Source: a virus | Taxonomy: Duplodnaviria > Caudoviricetes | Length of the DNA stretch: 36,230 bases | Strand: one strand, 5' to 3' | IMG/VR virus record: IMGVR_UViG_3300048854_000263 | Location: 1 to 36,230 of that record | Shown here: positions 8,575-16,694 of the stretch, in pieces | Numbering within the stretch: position 1 is the first letter of the stretch | Layout: each line of letters opens with the position of its first letter | The notes under the pieces: generated by a model | Database searches by the model: none | Seen by the model: the letters and a program-made list of their open reading frames with translations, nothing else | What the model was told of the DNA's origin: nothing | Translations under genes and position numbers: made by a program

Positions 8575-9039
8575 TCACGCTGCTACCTTCATCTGATGCC
8601 AGGCGCCGGCGGCGTAGAACAGCTTTGCTGCTTGGGATTCGTCCATTGAGATCTCGTCGGGGATGGCGATCCAGCCTGATGCCACCAGATGGTTTGGGTT
8701 CGCGCTGTTGCGCAGCTCCAGGTAGTAATGCTCGATGGCATCGGTCAGGCGCTCGACCTTGTAGATGCCTTCCGGCGAGATCTCCACCGACTTGATGTAC
8801 TCGGCTCCGCGCTCGTCGCGACACATGGCGCCGATGTAGATCGTCCAGCGGTAGGAGAAGTCGAATATCGCGTTGGCGATCGCCAGACTTCTGATCTGCC
8901 GGCAACTCTTCCAGTTCGCCATGATCTGGCTGCCGCTGGGGTCGATGTTCACCACCGCAAGGTGGTTGGTGCGCAGCAGCGCCCGGCAACTGCGTTCGGC
9001 CCGGGCGAAACCGTTATTGGGTTTGCGTTTCGATTTCAT
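8575..9039 (-). CDS. phage hypothetical protein
   Basis: 154-aa ORF with a 4-bp overlap with the upstream gene. Confidence 0.8.
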   Translation of the reverse strand: MKSKRKPNNGFARAERSCRALLRTNHLAVVNIDPSGSQIMANWKSCRQIRSLAIANAIFDFSYRWTIYIGAMCRDERGAEYIKSVEISPEGIYKVERLTDAIEHYYLELRNSANPNHLVASGWIAIPDEISMDESQAAKLFYAAGAWHQMKVAA

Positions 9040-9278
9040 AGCGAGTCCGCCATTTTGCGCAGGGCCTTGCGGTCTGCGGCCGATATCGGCTTCGGCCGCC
9101 GCTTGAGGACCGTTTCAGGGTCTATTTTTTTCGAGCGGGGCGGCGGCAGCGGATTGCGCGGCGGGCTTTTCAGTTGTTCGATCCGCCCGCCGGTGGCCAG
9201 GTACTGGGCGACCTGGTCATTGATGGATTCCGCGTGCTGCCGCTGCTGCTCAATCAGGTTGAGGTGGTTGCTGATCAT
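9036..9278 (-). CDS. phage hypothetical protein (MISNHLNLIE...)
   Basis: GAGG SD; start chosen downstream of the gp157 stop. Confidence 0.75.
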   Translation of the reverse strand: MISNHLNLIEQQRQHAESINDQVAQYLATGGRIEQLKSPPRNPLPPPRSKKIDPETVLKRRPKPISAADRKALRKMADSL

Positions 9279-9285
9279 GCTGGCC

Positions 9286-9849
9286 TCACTTGATCCGGAT
9301 CGAGCTTTCGCCGCGCTCAAGGTGAGCCCAGACCGGCTCCGGTAGCAGTTCATGTTCCGCGTCTTCGCCGGCTTCGATGCGCTTGCGCACCGCGTCGTTG
9401 TGATCACGGATTTCCTTGAGCTTCGCAGCAATCGACTTTTTGTCAGGGGCGAACACAGTCTTCGTTTCGATGAAGTCATCAGGAATCTCATCTTCCTTGT
9501 CGACGATCACCTTTTCCGGCGCCAAGGCCAGTGTGATTGTGAACAGCGGTCGCTTGATTGACTTGATCGCCGCGGCTTCCATGTTCCGACGCAGGTAATC
9601 ACTGATCTGGGAAACGCTGTTTTTCTTCACGCGTTTCAGTTCGTTGAGGCGCTCGACCTCTTTGTCGATGGCGTCGATATCGCTCTCGATGTTCCGACGC
9701 AGCATGACAATGTTGTCGGCCTTAACCTCGAACTCGCCTTGAATCTCGTCCATGGCGTGCTGCAGGGCCTCTTTCAGGCCCTCATCATCGGTGTCGGCCA
9801 TTCCCTGAAGTTCGGCGAGCTTGCCGGTCAGTGCGTAAAGTTGAGTCAT
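9286..9849 (-). CDS. siphovirus Gp157-family protein
   Basis: LYALT...KADNI...IPDDF...PDKKSI...ESSIRIK pattern; next to the annealase. Confidence 0.88.
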   Translation of the reverse strand: MTQLYALTGKLAELQGMADTDDEGLKEALQHAMDEIQGEFEVKADNIVMLRRNIESDIDAIDKEVERLNELKRVKKNSVSQISDYLRRNMEAAAIKSIKRPLFTITLALAPEKVIVDKEDEIPDDFIETKTVFAPDKKSIAAKLKEIRDHNDAVRKRIEAGEDAEHELLPEPVWAHLERGESSIRIK

Positions 9850-10583
9850 GCTGCGTTCTCCCGCTCAGTGGCTTCGGTGATGCGCTTCCACTCCAGTGAA
9901 ATGCGCTCGGCACCTCTTGTGTCCTTTCGAATAGTCAGTTTGCGCACGGCGACGTCGTGGATCTTCTTCAGTTCCTGAGCGGACTGGGCGCCAGACATGG
10001 TGTCGATGACCGATTTGATGTAATCCAGCCGTTCCTGCTTCTGACGATCTTCTTCCGCTACCCGATCTTCTGCCTTGTTCAGTGCCACCTCATCCCGAAC
10101 TGTTTCGACATATGCGGCGTCATCGAACAGTCCCATGTGGATGTCCGCGGCGAACCCGAGTGGCTGGAGGCATTTACCGATGGCATCTGTGAGCGACTTC
10201 TTTGCCGCCTCCCAGTCTGTGATTATCTTGCCTTGTTGCAGGAGAACGAACGGTGTGTGGCCGTAGTGCGTCACCGTGCATTTCTGTCCGCCTTCGCCCT
10301 GGTACCAAAGCTCAATTCTCACGGTGTGGACTTTCGCGTTGATCAGTGGCGCGGTCGGCCACTCCTTGGTCGGCGCTTGCAGCGGGCCACCTTCGTCGAA
10401 TCGCTCTTCAAGGATGGTCCAGCCCCAGCCTTCACCGCATGGGCCGAACACTTCGGTGGCTTTGCGCATCAGGTAGGTCGGCTTGATGGCCGTACCCTTA
10501 AAACCGCCCATCCCTGTGAAGTTCTTGGTGGCACTCGGATCGGTCGTGTTGACCTGATCCCAGATCCGCGTATTCGTGGACAT
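9846..10583 (-). CDS. single-strand annealing protein (Sak/Rad52-like)
   Basis: ATEVFGPCGEGWGW and KKSLTDAIGKCL...GFAADIH motifs; recombination-module position. Confidence 0.75.
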   Translation of the reverse strand: MSTNTRIWDQVNTTDPSATKNFTGMGGFKGTAIKPTYLMRKATEVFGPCGEGWGWTILEERFDEGGPLQAPTKEWPTAPLINAKVHTVRIELWYQGEGGQKCTVTHYGHTPFVLLQQGKIITDWEAAKKSLTDAIGKCLQPLGFAADIHMGLFDDAAYVETVRDEVALNKAEDRVAEEDRQKQERLDYIKSVIDTMSGAQSAQELKKIHDVAVRKLTIRKDTRGAERISLEWKRITEATERENAA

Positions 10584-10627
10584 GAGGAATCCTTGCCGCG
10601 CGGTGCGCAGCGATTGAAAGGTGTGTG

Positions 10628-10744
10628 CTATTGAGGGATTGGCGCGGAGAGGGCGCCGTACAACATGAGAGCGGTGCAAGCTGCGAGCGCGAAGAATGAG
10701 CTACGCCAGAAGACAATCCGGCGGGCGTGCTGCCGATCATTCAT
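10628..10744 (-). CDS. small hydrophobic phage protein
   Basis: 38-aa ORF with one TM-like segment, overlapping the upstream gene. Confidence 0.5.
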   Translation of the reverse strand: MNDRQHARRIVFWRSSFFALAACTALMLYGALSAPIPQ

Positions 10745-10940
10745 CGCACGGGCCATATTTCTGCACTCGATAGCGAAGCACCTGAAGAACACGACCGCCG
10801 TAAGCCGGCTCTGCGTATTGCTCAATTGGCGCGCCGAAGAATCCGCGCCGCTCTGCCAGGCTGTATGCCTCGCGAAGGTTGTGAGCGCTGATGTCCTCAA
10901 GTTGTTCGTCGATGAGCGATTTAACCGGTGCCGTACTCAT
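10737..10940 (-). CDS. phage hypothetical protein
   Basis: AGGAGG SD, ATGA overlap. Confidence 0.75.
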   Translation of the reverse strand: MSTAPVKSLIDEQLEDISAHNLREAYSLAERRGFFGAPIEQYAEPAYGGRVLQVLRYRVQKYGPCDE

Positions 10941-11128
10941 GCGTCCTCCTTGCGCCGCTGACAGGTGTCACGCAGGCGTTTGCAGTAGTGGTTGAACTCG
11001 TCGGTGGTGATGGCACCGTCGGTGAAGAGGCGGGTGATCAGCCCCTGCACCAGCAGGCTGATGTCTTCTTCGCCGGCGGGTGCCGACACTCCATCAATGG
11101 CCTGGTCGATCAGTATGTGAGGGCTCAA
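10937..11128 (-). CDS. phage hypothetical protein
   Basis: Coupled to both neighbours; TTG start uncertain. Confidence 0.65.
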   Translation of the reverse strand: MSPHILIDQAIDGVSAPAGEEDISLLVQGLITRLFTDGAITTDEFNHYCKRLRDTCQRRKEDA

Positions 11129-11529
11129 AACCCACACTCCCGCTCTACGCGATCGCTTTCGCGCTTGGCATCTCGGTATTCGTTGGCGTGCACCGCGACC
11201 AAGTCGCTGGCGAGCGACCGAACGATCTGCGGATCACCGCCGACGGCTTCGATGGCCCAGTTGTGCAGAATCCCGCCGTCTTTCCGCCTGATCAGCTCGA
11301 TCAAAATCTTCTCGATGTACCGATCGGGATCCGGGTTCGCAGCCATATGATCCGCCAACGCTTCCGGTAAGTGGTCAGCGTTGACCAAGACCTTGCTGCG
11401 ACCTACCGGATTTGGAGCCTCGACGTGGCGTCGAGAAAGCAGATCGTCGACCGACTCGGTCAGCCATTCCTGACCTGCCTCTGTGTCGAGAAAGTCGTCT
11501 TCCGGGATGGGCTTGCGTAGAGCTGACAT
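11125..11529 (-). CDS. phage hypothetical protein
   Basis: GGAG SD before MSALRKP. Confidence 0.75.
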   Translation of the reverse strand: MSALRKPIPEDDFLDTEAGQEWLTESVDDLLSRRHVEAPNPVGRSKVLVNADHLPEALADHMAANPDPDRYIEKILIELIRRKDGGILHNWAIEAVGGDPQIVRSLASDLVAVHANEYRDAKRESDRVERECGF

Positions 11530-11552
11530 GGTCGTCTCCAGAGTGGCGGGTG

Positions 11553-11774
11553 TTATTCGGTCGGCGGAGAAAGGAATGGCTGCCAATGCGTGACGCGATG
11601 CTCGAACCGAGAGCCGTCCGGGTAGCGCCAGTCCATTCCGTTCCAGTAGAGGAAGCGCGATCCGTTCGCAAATCGCTGCGCCTGCTTGGCCGGCGTGAAA
11701 GCGATGACGTGGTGCTTGCCGCCGCCCTTCGGCAGCTCCGGTAGGCGATCACTGCATTTGATCCAGCCGCTCAT
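11553..11774 (-). CDS. DUF551-domain phage protein
   Basis: WIKCSDRLP...VTHWQP signature. Confidence 0.85.
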   Translation of the reverse strand: MSGWIKCSDRLPELPKGGGKHHVIAFTPAKQAQRFANGSRFLYWNGMDWRYPDGSRFEHRVTHWQPFLSPPTE

Positions 11775-11795
11775 GACGACCTCCAGTGTTTGGGG

Positions 11796-11987
11796 TTAGG
11801 CGGTGGCGGGGACGGCTTCACGAAAGCGCGAAGGACTCCAGTCGCAAGACTCGTCGGCCGGGATATGGCCGAACATCAGCGTGCAGCGACGACAGTGCAC
11901 GCAGTCGCCGCAGGTCTTGCCCTCGGGCAGGTTCATCTGATCAGCGTTGTCCGCCAACCTTGGATACGGCGCTCGTTGCTCGGCCAT
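11796..11987 (-). CDS. small Cys-rich phage protein
   Basis: CGDCVHCRRC...CDW; GGAG SD. Confidence 0.7.
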   Translation of the reverse strand: MAEQRAPYPRLADNADQMNLPEGKTCGDCVHCRRCTLMFGHIPADESCDWSPSRFREAVPATA

Positions 11988-12122
11988 GATTTGCTCCATG
12001 TGGTTGATCCAACAAAACTCGGATGCACTCATCCGCTCCGCTGGTTGCCGTTGGGCGCGGAGGGGAGTGCATTCGGGTGGTGTGGGAAGGTCTAGGGAGG
12101 GGAAAGTGGTGTATCGGGGCAT

Positions 12123-12380
12123 TGGGGCCGGCGGCGGAGTCTTAGTCCGAGCCGCCGGCAACGAGCATGGTCATTCTACGATGCAGATCCAGCGGTGGTT
12201 ATGCCGGTATGACGCGCGAGTGAAATGAACATCTGAAACCAGATTCATGCCTCGCTCTTGCAGCGCTTCGGTCAGTTGTACGAGTGTCTCTGCTTGGATA
12301 GTCATTGCTGTCACCTCGTCAGATTTGCTGCGTTCATAATTCTTGACCGAGCGGGCAACTGGCTAATTCAATTTTTCTAC
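12123..12380. repeat. direct repeat copy 2 (copy 1 at 301-558)
   Basis: Direct alignment. Confidence 0.95.
12171..12305 (-). CDS. 44-aa small protein MTIQAETLVQLTEALQERGMNLVSDVHFTRASYRHNHRWICIVE (copy 2)
   Basis: SD plus conserved frame relative to copy 1. Confidence 0.8.
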   Translation of the reverse strand: MTIQAETLVQLTEALQERGMNLVSDVHFTRASYRHNHRWICIVE

Positions 12381-12397
12381 ACGGTCCATTTGTTCAA

Positions 12398-12720
12398 TCC
12401 ACACCGCAGAGCTCTCCCTGACTGTCCCCCTTCATTCAAGATTCAGGGCAAGGAGGGCTCTGCGCTGTGGACTGATGCCGCCTCAGAAAAGCGGCATCAG
12501 TAAATGTATGGGTGTTGCTCGCGCCTCCTACCGGGTCATTCGCCAGTTCGGTCAACACCTCGTCCGCCGTCGCAGTTCTGCGCGTTGGTAGCCTTTCGGG
12601 GCTATCGGATCGCCGGTCGCCAGTAGTGGCAACGCGATTTTGTTCACCTGACTTCTTCTCGCCCCACAGGTGTGGCCGGGGCTGACCTCCCAGCGTGAGC
12701 CGGGTAATCGTTTATGGCGT
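12398..12720 (-). ncRNA. candidate structured PL leader RNA
   Basis: Run of stems with no convincing ORF, directly downstream of boxA. Confidence 0.45.
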
Positions 12721-12723
12721 GGG

Positions 12724-12736
12724 TTGTTAAAGAACG
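12724..12736 (-). promoter_or_regulatory. boxA antitermination element (nutL-like)
   Basis: CGTTCTTTAACAA versus consensus CGCTCTTTAACAA, about 45 nt downstream of the PL -10. Confidence 0.75.
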
Positions 12737-12781
12737 GCGCGGCTTTCGCTGCTGGGCCGATATTGCTTTGGCTTGCGAATA

Positions 12782-12821
12782 AAAGTAGCAGCGCTGCTAT
12801 TTAAAGTAAATAGCGCTGCTA
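12782..12821 (-). promoter_or_regulatory. PL promoter with operators OL (12786-12799, 12808-12821)
   Basis: TTTACT-N17-TACTTT overlapping the palindrome TAGCAGCGCTGCTA and variant AAATAGCGCTGCTA. Confidence 0.8.
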
Positions 12822-12976
12822 ATAAAAATTTTTCGTACACGAACGAAGCCCGCGTTTGGCGTATGTCATAGGGGGAGTGGGACAGCTAAACCCTTTATTG
12901 CACCGTCAGTCGCCGCCATCGAACCGCTACGTAACGTGCGGCCTCTACCGACTCAAATCCCATTAGGTGAATAGCC

Positions 12977-13198
12977 ATGAGAGTCGAAGAGAAACAAAAA
13001 GCACTGTCTGCGTGGCGCAAGCTGCTGGAGGAGCCCGAAATCAGAATGGACGCCGAAGAGCAGTACGATGAGTTGCTCAAAATGGCAGACGCCATGGAGC
13101 AGGAAGGACTGATTACTGCCGGCGAGTGGCGCCAGTTGGTCAGAGAGGCTGGCACGAGGTTCGCTCAAGCAACTGAAGGGCTCGGAGGCGGAACGTAG
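12977..13198 (+). CDS. small helical accessory protein
   Basis: 73-aa ORF, AGGTG SD, followed by the hairpin AGCCCGGC...GCCGGGCT. Confidence 0.75.
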   Translation: MRVEEKQKALSAWRKLLEEPEIRMDAEEQYDELLKMADAMEQEGLITAGEWRQLVREAGTRFAQATEGLGGGT

Positions 13199-13262
13199 GA
13201 GGGAGATACAGGAAGCCCGGCACTGGGCCGGGCTCCAAGGTCAACGTTCGGCTGAGATCACT

Positions 13263-13739
13263 TCAGGCCGCCATGTCGCCGTTAGCTAGGCTTTTTTTCA
13301 GCGAAGTTTTCATCACTTCCATTTGCTCACCCAGTTCATCGAGTTTCGCCTTGCCCAGCAGCTTCTTGGCCTTTGGGAACATTTCTGTTTCCTCTTCCTC
13401 GATGTGGTGTTCCAGCAGCTCTTTGACGACCTTCACCCGGCCGGCAAACTCGGGAGTGGAAGGGTCAGTGCCTTTCAGATCTGGGAGCACCAAGGAGTCC
13501 ACTGTGCGGTGTTCTTCCTTCGCCTCGTAGTACATTTCATCCTCCTCTTTGCCCCCCGCTTCTTTAAAGGCGGGGTAGAGGATCTGCTCTTCCAGCTGGG
13601 TGTGGATGGTGATCTCCATCTCCAGCTTATCGAGCAGGTCGACGCGTTTTTTCAGAGCGCGGTCAGTGGATTCGCTCAGCTGGCTCAGGATGCCCTTTAC
13701 TTTTTCGTGGTCGGCTTTGAGAAGGTCAATAGCGTTCAT
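13263..13739 (-). CDS. hemerythrin/HHE cation-binding domain protein (moron)
   Basis: DH...HTQLEEQILYP...EH...HHIEEEETEMFP ligand pattern. Confidence 0.9.
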   Translation of the reverse strand: MNAIDLLKADHEKVKGILSQLSESTDRALKKRVDLLDKLEMEITIHTQLEEQILYPAFKEAGGKEEDEMYYEAKEEHRTVDSLVLPDLKGTDPSTPEFAGRVKVVKELLEHHIEEEETEMFPKAKKLLGKAKLDELGEQMEVMKTSLKKSLANGDMAA

Positions 13740-13814
13740 TTTTTTATGCCTCATCTATCACAGGTTAGCGTCAGCAGCTCTCCGGCTGCGGTTCACGTTC
13801 TCCCAGTAGTTAGG

Positions 13815-13830
13815 GCATCTTCTGTGCCAA
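13815..13830 (-). promoter_or_regulatory. putative sigma-54 promoter of the hemerythrin gene
   Basis: TTGGCACAGAAGATGC = GG-N10-GC (-24/-12). Confidence 0.5.
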
Positions 13831-14027
13831 CTGCCCGAAAGTAAAAGACTCAACGATTTCAAGCATTTCGAAGAGCTGATGGCGAGGTGAGGGCATGCAC
13901 TCTGCACGGACGCCTGGATAGCTACCTTGCAGAAGACAGTTTGCGCGAGCAAAAAAAGCCCGCCAAGGGGAGGCGGGCTACGAAGTTCATTAGGAGTAGC
14001 GAGCATAGTCGACGCGCAGCTATTAGC

Positions 14028-14135
14028 ATGCGATGCATGGACCGACGCGCCGACGGTGATGACTGGCGGGAGCTGGTGGAGGAGGCGACCGCCTTCTACG
14101 CGCACTCGGTCGAAGGTCTGGAGGGTGGTACATAG
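14028..14135 (+). pseudogene. 3' remnant of a paralog of 12977-13198
   Basis: DWRELVEEATAFYAHSVEGLEGGT* aligns to EWRQLVREAGTRFAQATEGLGGGT*; same downstream hairpin. Confidence 0.6.
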
Positions 14136-14189
14136 CAGGGAAGGGTAGGCATGAAAAAGCCCGGCTCTAGGCCGGGCTACCGCCTTCAA

Positions 14190-14570
14190 TTATTCTGCTA
14201 TGGAAATAGGGGTGACAGTATGGGTGCGCCCCTTTTCAAAATCGGTACGAGCATTTTGTAGCTTGGTTTGGAAGTCTTCAAGCTGAATTCGGGTTCTTTG
14301 CTTGAATTCGTCGCTGTTTGATTTGTCCTTGAGGTGTTTTTTACACACTTTAATGGAAGACTTCAAACTGGCAATAATTCTAGTCAGTTCTGCGGGATCA
14401 TCAATTCGGATATAAATCTTCAACAACCACAGAGACAAAAACGGTGAAATTATCCCGCTCGACGCCATTATTCCCTGAGTTACTTCCGGTATGCCAATGA
14501 CAGATGTTGCAGCCAATGCGGCACCATTTACTACGGAGGTCGAGAGGGCCATGAACATATTGTTATTCAT
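14190..14570 (-). CDS. membrane protein with cytoplasmic helical/coiled tail (rex-position operon gene C)
   Basis: Two N-terminal hydrophobic segments; AT-rich; ATGA overlap with gene B. Confidence 0.8.
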   Translation of the reverse strand: MNNNMFMALSTSVVNGAALAATSVIGIPEVTQGIMASSGIISPFLSLWLLKIYIRIDDPAELTRIIASLKSSIKVCKKHLKDKSNSDEFKQRTRIQLEDFQTKLQNARTDFEKGRTHTVTPISIAE

Positions 14571-14821
14571 TGCGCGGCCTCCAGCTTGTTCAGTTCTTCA
14601 TATGAAAGCTTTCTAAAGGATGAGCCTTTAATAATTGAATGCTTGACATAGTACGCTTCTGTTACAAATCCATTTGTTTGGTACTGAATTATAGTGTCGC
14701 GAGGGAACCAAGTGTAAGCGAGGTGCCTTACGAGTTTTCTCGTAAAAATAAATATTAGCGGCGAGCTCAAGATAAGAACAAGCCATCCAGTTGCTTGAGC
14801 TATCAGTAACGGAGACCACAT
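14567..14821 (-). CDS. small single-pass membrane protein (rex-position operon gene B)
   Basis: Hydrophobic N-terminus followed by RK; AT-rich. Confidence 0.75.
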   Translation of the reverse strand: MWSPLLIAQATGWLVLILSSPLIFIFTRKLVRHLAYTWFPRDTIIQYQTNGFVTEAYYVKHSIIKGSSFRKLSYEELNKLEAAQ

Positions 14822-14835
14822 GTTAATCCCTGCGG

Positions 14836-15696
14836 TTAGTTGAGTTCGTTAATTACTCGGACTATATCATATTTTGTTTTTGTGCCGCTAATATTTGTTG
14901 TTTCAGTTTTTTCGAGTTCTACAGTGTATAGCTTGTCTTTCTGAAACGCCTCTTCATTGGCAGATACTTTTGCCATGAAGTTGTCATCTCTAATAGTAAC
15001 TGATGTCTCCAGCCCGTCCGTGCTTTGTATTGTCCAGCTACGACGGCTTTTGAAATTAAGTTTCGTGAATTGAACTACTTTTTGTAGTACTTCCTTGTTT
15101 TCTTTCTCGGTGACGTCAGATCGAATAGGAGTAAAGTTTTTTATCTCTGGCTCTGCAAGGACAACTTCGGTGTCGTCGGAGATAAATGAAATTGTTGCTG
15201 CTTCCCTTCCTTGTAACGGTGCCTGCACTATTTTGTGTAATGCTTGGCGAATTTCCTTGCTGGACACAAGTTGGGCGACATTTGAATTTGTTTTGATCGG
15301 TCCGTCTTTGGTTATTAAAGTTGCTTCTTTTGTTTGGGCGTTTATAATTACGCTGTCAATTTTTGTGTCTTTCAGTCGATCAATTATTCCTATGGCAGTG
15401 GCAGTGCTTGCAACGGCCCCTGCAACACCGATGCCGATACTCTTCATCACGGTTATTGTAGTAAGAGGATCGGCCACAATAGCAAAAACGATTTCCAGGG
15501 AGCCTTCCTTAGCAGGTGCAATCACCTTTAACTCCGCTTCGGAAGAACCGTTGCTTACGATAGACGCAGCCTTGGTAATTAAGTCGTGCATGCCGACAAT
15601 TGCGTTTCCAAGGTCTTTGGCGTTTATCTTATGACTTTCAAGATCGCCGGAGGCATCGTAAGAAATCGTAAATTCCGTTTGGATTTGGTTGTCCAT
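14836..15696 (-). CDS. 286-aa uncharacterised protein (rex-position operon gene A)
   Basis: Long AT-rich ORF directly downstream of cI; central Gly/Ala hydrophobic stretch; beta-rich C-terminus. Confidence 0.88.
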   Translation of the reverse strand: MDNQIQTEFTISYDASGDLESHKINAKDLGNAIVGMHDLITKAASIVSNGSSEAELKVIAPAKEGSLEIVFAIVADPLTTITVMKSIGIGVAGAVASTATAIGIIDRLKDTKIDSVIINAQTKEATLITKDGPIKTNSNVAQLVSSKEIRQALHKIVQAPLQGREAATISFISDDTEVVLAEPEIKNFTPIRSDVTEKENKEVLQKVVQFTKLNFKSRRSWTIQSTDGLETSVTIRDDNFMAKVSANEEAFQKDKLYTVELEKTETTNISGTKTKYDIVRVINELN

Positions 15697-15789
15697 TTTT
15701 AGCCCTGGCTATCGCTTTAGTAATGTGTTGGTTGTGTTTTCGTTTTTATACTTTTATCTTTTTCAGCCCGTAAATATGTCACGGACATG

Positions 15790-16578
15790 TCAGCGCGAGT
15801 ACATCGCCCACCAGAACACATGCCCGAGGATTGAGATCTGCTGCTCCTGGATCTGCTGGAACGTGTAGTCCTCATCTGGATGTTCGTCACGGTTGAAGCT
15901 GCGCAGGCGTAGCCCGGTCGGGATGCGGTAGACCTGCTTCACGCGAAGCTGGCCGTTGTGGTTGATGGCGTACATTTCGCCGTCGACGATATCGCTCAGT
16001 GAGTTCTTGCCGACATTCACACCAACCGTGGCGCCGTCGCGCAACACGGGCATCATGCTGTTCCCGCCGACCCTTACGCACTTCGCGTTGCTGAACTGGA
16101 CGCCATTGTGGCGCAGATCCTTTTTGTTGAAGCGCAGACGTGAGTTGGCATTTTCTTCGATCGCAAACCTGCCTGATCCGGCCGCCAGCTCGACTTCGTG
16201 AAGGAAGGGGACATAAACCTCATCATCATCGAGCGGGGTTTCGTCGTCCCAGGTCTCGATGTTCCCTAATTTGACACTAGGCTGGACGCGCTCTTGCTGT
16301 ACGTTGGCGACGGTGGAGACCAGTCGAGAACTGACCTCGCTCGCATCGAAATTCAAAGCCTTCGCGAGTTTCAGCAGCGCTTCTACGTTTAGCGGCACCT
16401 TGCCGGTTGCGTATTGACTAAAAGCACTTTGGCCAGACCACCCACAAGCCTCGGCAACATCCGCCTGCGTCAGGCTACGACCGGCCGCTTTTGCAGCTGA
16501 TTTCCGCTGTTCGTAGATGGCCTTGAGCCTGGCGCTCTCGGCGACTTCTTCGGGGGTGAGGGGGCGACGTATTTTCAT
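15790..16578 (-). CDS. cI: CI-like repressor (HTH + S24 autopeptidase)
   Basis: LTQADVAEACGWSGQSAFSQY HTH; AAG cleavage site, GNSM Ser and VK Lys; divergent from cro; probably leaderless. Confidence 0.93.
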   Translation of the reverse strand: MKIRRPLTPEEVAESARLKAIYEQRKSAAKAAGRSLTQADVAEACGWSGQSAFSQYATGKVPLNVEALLKLAKALNFDASEVSSRLVSTVANVQQERVQPSVKLGNIETWDDETPLDDDEVYVPFLHEVELAAGSGRFAIEENANSRLRFNKKDLRHNGVQFSNAKCVRVGGNSMMPVLRDGATVGVNVGKNSLSDIVDGEMYAINHNGQLRVKQVYRIPTGLRLRSFNRDEHPDEDYTFQQIQEQQISILGHVFWWAMYSR

Positions 16579-16585
16579 ACGAATA

Positions 16586-16664
16586 AGAGTATTAGCAGAG
16601 CTGATATCCAAGCAAACAGCGCTGCTAGTATTTTGTTGCTGATAAAAAGCAGCGCTGCTACTAT
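16586..16664. promoter_or_regulatory. OR region: operators 16593-16606, 16614-16627 and 16647-16660; PR (TTGCTG-N17-TACTAT) and PRM
   Basis: Three variants of TAGCAGCGCTGCTA between cI and cro. Confidence 0.85.
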
Positions 16665-16694
16665 CCATGGCAGATATCCAGCCGTGGAAATTCC

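Noticed and set aside
14190-15696. Calling the operon rexAB, or a toxin-antitoxin pair
   Set aside because: Only the position is shared; I see no recognisable sequence similarity or catalytic motif
16579-16668. N-terminal extension of CI given by the ORF track
   Set aside because: It runs through the operators and PR; the ATG at 16578 fits better
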